Shown piece after piece: positions 7,228 to 9,998 of a DNA stretch of 9,998 bases; within the stretch, counting starts at the first letter, position 1, and each line of letters begins with the position of its first letter. The notes beneath the pieces are model-generated. The model was not told the origin of the DNA. It ran no database searches and saw only the letters and a program-made list of their open reading frames with translations. Location of the stretch: assembly GCF_006345805.1 (NCBI RefSeq), contig NW_021827779.1, positions 1-9,998 on the forward strand, written 5' to 3'. The DNA comes from Octopus sinensis. Lineage: Eukaryota. Made by a program: the position numbers and the translations under genes.

Positions 7228-7780
7228 CATACCACGGAGGCGCAATGACCCAGTGATTAGGGCAGCGGAGTCGTGGATCGCGGTTTTGATTCCCAGACCG
7301 GCGTTGTGAGTGTTTATTGAGCGAAACACCTAAAGCTCCACGAGGCTCCGGGGGCAGGGGGGGTATAGTGGCGATCCCTGTACTCTTTCTCGTCGCCACA
7401 ACTTTCTCTCGCTCTTTCTTCTGTTGGCCTGCTCGCTTAGCCAGCGGGGTGGCGTCATTTCAAGGTTAAAACAATGCGAAGCGCTTTGTGACCAGCGATG
7501 TGTAGCAACATCTGATAGCCTGGTCGGTCACGGTGATTACGGTGATATATATATATGTATGTATATACCTATGTGTGTGTGTATGTGTCATTGCGTACAT
7601 GTTTGTTCTCCACCACCATTCGACAACCGGTGTTGGTTTGTTTATGTACCCGTAACTTAGCGGTTCGGAAATAGAGACTGATAAAGTACTGGGATCGATT
7701 CATTTGATTAAGGTCCCTTCAAGGCGGTACCCGAGCATGGCTGCAGTCCAATAACTGAAACAAGTAAAAGAATAAAAGGG
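6984..7780 (+). mobile_element. SINE family B, interrupted within its (TA)n by SINE C
   Basis: 5' half 6984-7100 homologous to 3854-3978; (TA)n 7101-7228. The 3' half ~7590-7780 (GACAACCGGTGTTGG...CCGTAACTTAGCGGTTCGG...GAAACAAGTAAAAGAATAAAAG) is homologous to 4050-4246. Confidence 0.88.
7236..7546 (+). mobile_element. tRNA-derived SINE family C, full length
   Basis: GGAGGCGCAATGACCCAGTGATTAG (A-box-like), GGTTTTGATTCCC 7282-7294 (B-box-like), unique body, 3' tandem tail ACGGTGAT x2 (7530-7546). Confidence 0.82.
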
Positions 7781-7959
7781 AAAAAGAAACTACGGTCATG
7801 AGATGCTGCATTAGGGAGCTCGACATAGGGTAGCCCTTTGACCGGAGATGTGGCCTGAATGCTTGTAACATGGTGGACTCCCTTTAGGACCAGGTACTGG
7901 TATTAAACATGGCAATAGGTTCAGTCTGCCACCCAAGATCAAGTACAGTTCATCGGAAA

Positions 7960-8110
7960 GGATTCTGCACAGTTTTCATATACCTAGTTTAACTCACAGG
8001 TTTGGGTCAGCCCGGAGCTATTTTAGAAGGCACCTGCTCAAGGTACGACCAAATAAGATCGAACCTAGAATCTTTTGATTTGGAACTTCTTAACATCAAT
8101 AGAGCCATGC
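7960..8110 (-). mobile_element. Highly diverged SINE family B-like 5' half
   Basis: ACTCACAGGTTTGGGTCAGCCCGGAGCTATTTTAGAAGGCACCTGCTCAAGGTAC resembles the reverse complement of 3888-3945 (ACTCACAAGGCTTTGGTCAGCCCGAGGCTATAGTAGAAGACACTTGCCCAAGGTAC). Confidence 0.8.
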
Positions 8111-8179
8111 TTACGAAACGACACCGTGCAGCAAAGTGGAGAAGGACTAAAGTTCAAAAGCTAGGTCCTTGTGATAAGA

Positions 8180-8295
8180 TGTGTGTGTATGTGTGTGTGT
8201 GTAAGTATGTGTATGTGTGTGTGTGTGTGTGTGAATATGTGTGTGTGAGGATGTGTGAGTGAGAGAGAGGATATATGTGTGTTTGTGTGTGTTTG
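8180..8295. repeat. (GT)n/(GA)n microsatellite
   Basis: Direct inspection. Confidence 0.9.
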
Positions 8296-8392
8296 AAACG
8301 TCCTAAATCAGTAAAATATCATTTTGTTTGCATCCAGGCTTTTAGAGATATTCGAAGGCGCAACGGGAGGTTGGAAAAAAAAAGTGAAAATG

Positions 8393-8590
8393 TGTGGCCT
8401 AGTGGTTAAGGTGTTGAACTAAAAGTTCGTAAGATCGTGGTTTCTATTCTCGGGCTGGGTGGTGCGTTGTTTTTATGTACAAAACACTTCATTTCATGTT
8501 GCACCGCCCCGTTTCAGCCGTAGATGAGTTCCAGCAATTGCTAGGAAGTTGAACCCGGCGACGGATCGACGTCCCGTTCGGCATGAGTGG
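8393..8590 (+). mobile_element. Old tRNA-derived SINE family D (V-SINE-like body, tentative)
   Basis: TGGCCTAGTGGTTAAG A-box 8395-8410 and a degenerate B-box GGTTTCTATTCTC 8439-8451. The body ACACTTCATTTCATGTTGC...AACCCGGCGACGGATCGACGTCCCGTTC resembles, from memory, V-domain SINE bodies. Confidence 0.6.
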
Positions 8591-9696
8591 GATGGGGGTG
8601 GATTTTTATACTCTCACTCACTTTTGCACCTCTTATATACCCAGGAAATCGCCCTAAGCTCAGATCTTAAGAACCTTAGGGCTCTTGACAGACTTAATGG
8701 GAAGTTGATGTACGCCGTTATAAAAAAGAAAGATTAAAAATTAAATTACAGAACACGGAAGAGTGACAGGGTGTGAAATTAAGAGGGGGGGTACTTCAAC
8801 AAAGCAAAAAAAAAGAAAGAAGTTATTGATCAACATCCCGCGTTAAAGAGCCCCTACCGTGAGCACGTGAAAGAGTTCCTTGCCTTGGTAAGATTCCAAT
8901 TCCCTACAAAGGAATTCAGGGGTTTGAAAGAACCCACACTCTGGTAAGTAATCGTTTTCTTATCTCTTAACAACTTCAACAAAAGGCTTTACTGAAAGCT
9001 GGAAGTGTAAATTTGCGTAACCCGAGTTTCTGCTAAATGAACTGTCACTTGCTACAGATGAGATAAACATCAGCGAGAATAGGATTTCCAGCACGCAGAC
9101 ACTCACTCGTTTGGCTGACTACGCGGTTTGGGCCTCAATGTGTGTGTGGAGGAATAGTGGGAAAGCGGGAAGGGTGTAAAAGCCTCTTAAATTACAGTTG
9201 CAAACTGTCTGACGGATATTGAAATGATGTGGACTTGTACTAATAGCAATGGGTCATCCAGGTCGCATTTAGATAAAGTATTCATTAGGAAAAGTGTAAA
9301 GAGTCTACATTTTTTGTTTTTTGCTGGTTAGTTAGCTACATAAATCACAAGTTTGGGATCCGTACAGTTCAATTTTAGTCTTCGCTGTTACCAGCTGGAC
9401 GCGTGGTTTCTAGCGTGCAAAGTGACCGGATTTGAGGCGGAGATTGACACACGTCTATTTTAGATTGCAAATGGTTGGCGAAATTGAAGTAATGTTTAAA
9501 TTTGAATTTCTTAATTTCAGTTAGATCCAACTATAAAAAATTGAGATTAAGGTGAGCTAACGAGAGCCTCTAGGTCGTTGACAGACAGCTAGAAATGGCA
9601 GCCTATTTTCTCACACAACATACTATCACATTCTACTACGTTAGAAACAGAAATACGTATGAATGAATCCAGAGACATAATATCTGAAGAATAAGC

Positions 9697-9763
9697 AGGA
9701 CAGCCACGGCTAGAATGCCTTTGGTCATAGGTCTTCTTAATCAAAGCTGATTTAGAGTTAAAT
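9697..9763 (-). repeat. Unclassified short dispersed repeat (homolog of 520-597)
   Basis: See 520-597. Confidence 0.55.
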
Positions 9764-9770
9764 GACAGCA

Positions 9771-9924
9771 GGAGGCGCAGGAGTGGCTGTGTGGAAAGAA
9801 GCTTGCTTACCAACCACATGGTTTCGGGTTCAGTCCCACTGCGTGGCACCTTCTACTATAGCCTCGGGCCGACCAAAACCTTGTGAGTGGATTTGGTAGA
9901 GACGACTGAAAGAAACCTGTCGTA

Positions 9925-9998
<74 letters not shown>
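9771..9998 (+). mobile_element. SINE family B with intact 5' head, running off the window in its (TA)n
   Basis: GGAGGCGCAGGAGTGGCTGTGTGG (A-box-like head), GGTTCAGTCCC, a 13-bp deletion relative to the 3854 copy, and (TA)n from 9923. Confidence 0.92.

Noticed and set aside
7236-7300. tRNA-like heads (also 50-128, 8393-8451, 9771-9840) as real tRNA genes
   Set aside because: The boxes are degenerate, there is no complete cloverleaf, and each continues into a SINE body.
6902-7399. 165-aa minus-strand ORF and other ORFs over SINEs (16-277, 1473-1658, 5042-5335, 7424-7660, 8002-8262, 9589-9849)
   Set aside because: They run through SINE, microsatellite or low-complexity sequence and show no domain signature.
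1-9998. CRISPR array, operon or other prokaryotic system
   Set aside because: The repeats are dispersed SINE copies with variable spacing, and there are no regular repeat-spacer units or dense coding regions.

Overview
AT-rich eukaryotic non-coding DNA, almost entirely transposon debris and microsatellite. I find no intact host gene and no prokaryotic-type system. The repeat families resemble the tRNA-derived SINEs I recall from octopus/coleoid cephalopod genomes; this is recognition from memory, not a database result. Contents: about 8 copies of one tRNA-headed SINE ('family A'), 4 copies of a (TA)n-carrying SINE ('family B'), two further tRNA-headed SINEs (C, D), a 400-bp MITE with 30-bp TIRs, a 5'-truncated RTE-clade LINE 3' end, and a decayed mariner (D,D34D) transposase with one TIR. 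The most notable signals are a degenerate minimal hammerhead-ribozyme motif at ~403-448 of the kind found in Penelope-like elements, a three-layer SINE>SINE>LINE nest with an 18-bp TSD (4396-5087), a SINE hairpin apparently rewritten by template switching (6226-6250), and a telomere-like G4 motif inside the MITE. None of the listed ORFs is a credible host protein; only the RTE and mariner fragments are real, dead coding sequence.
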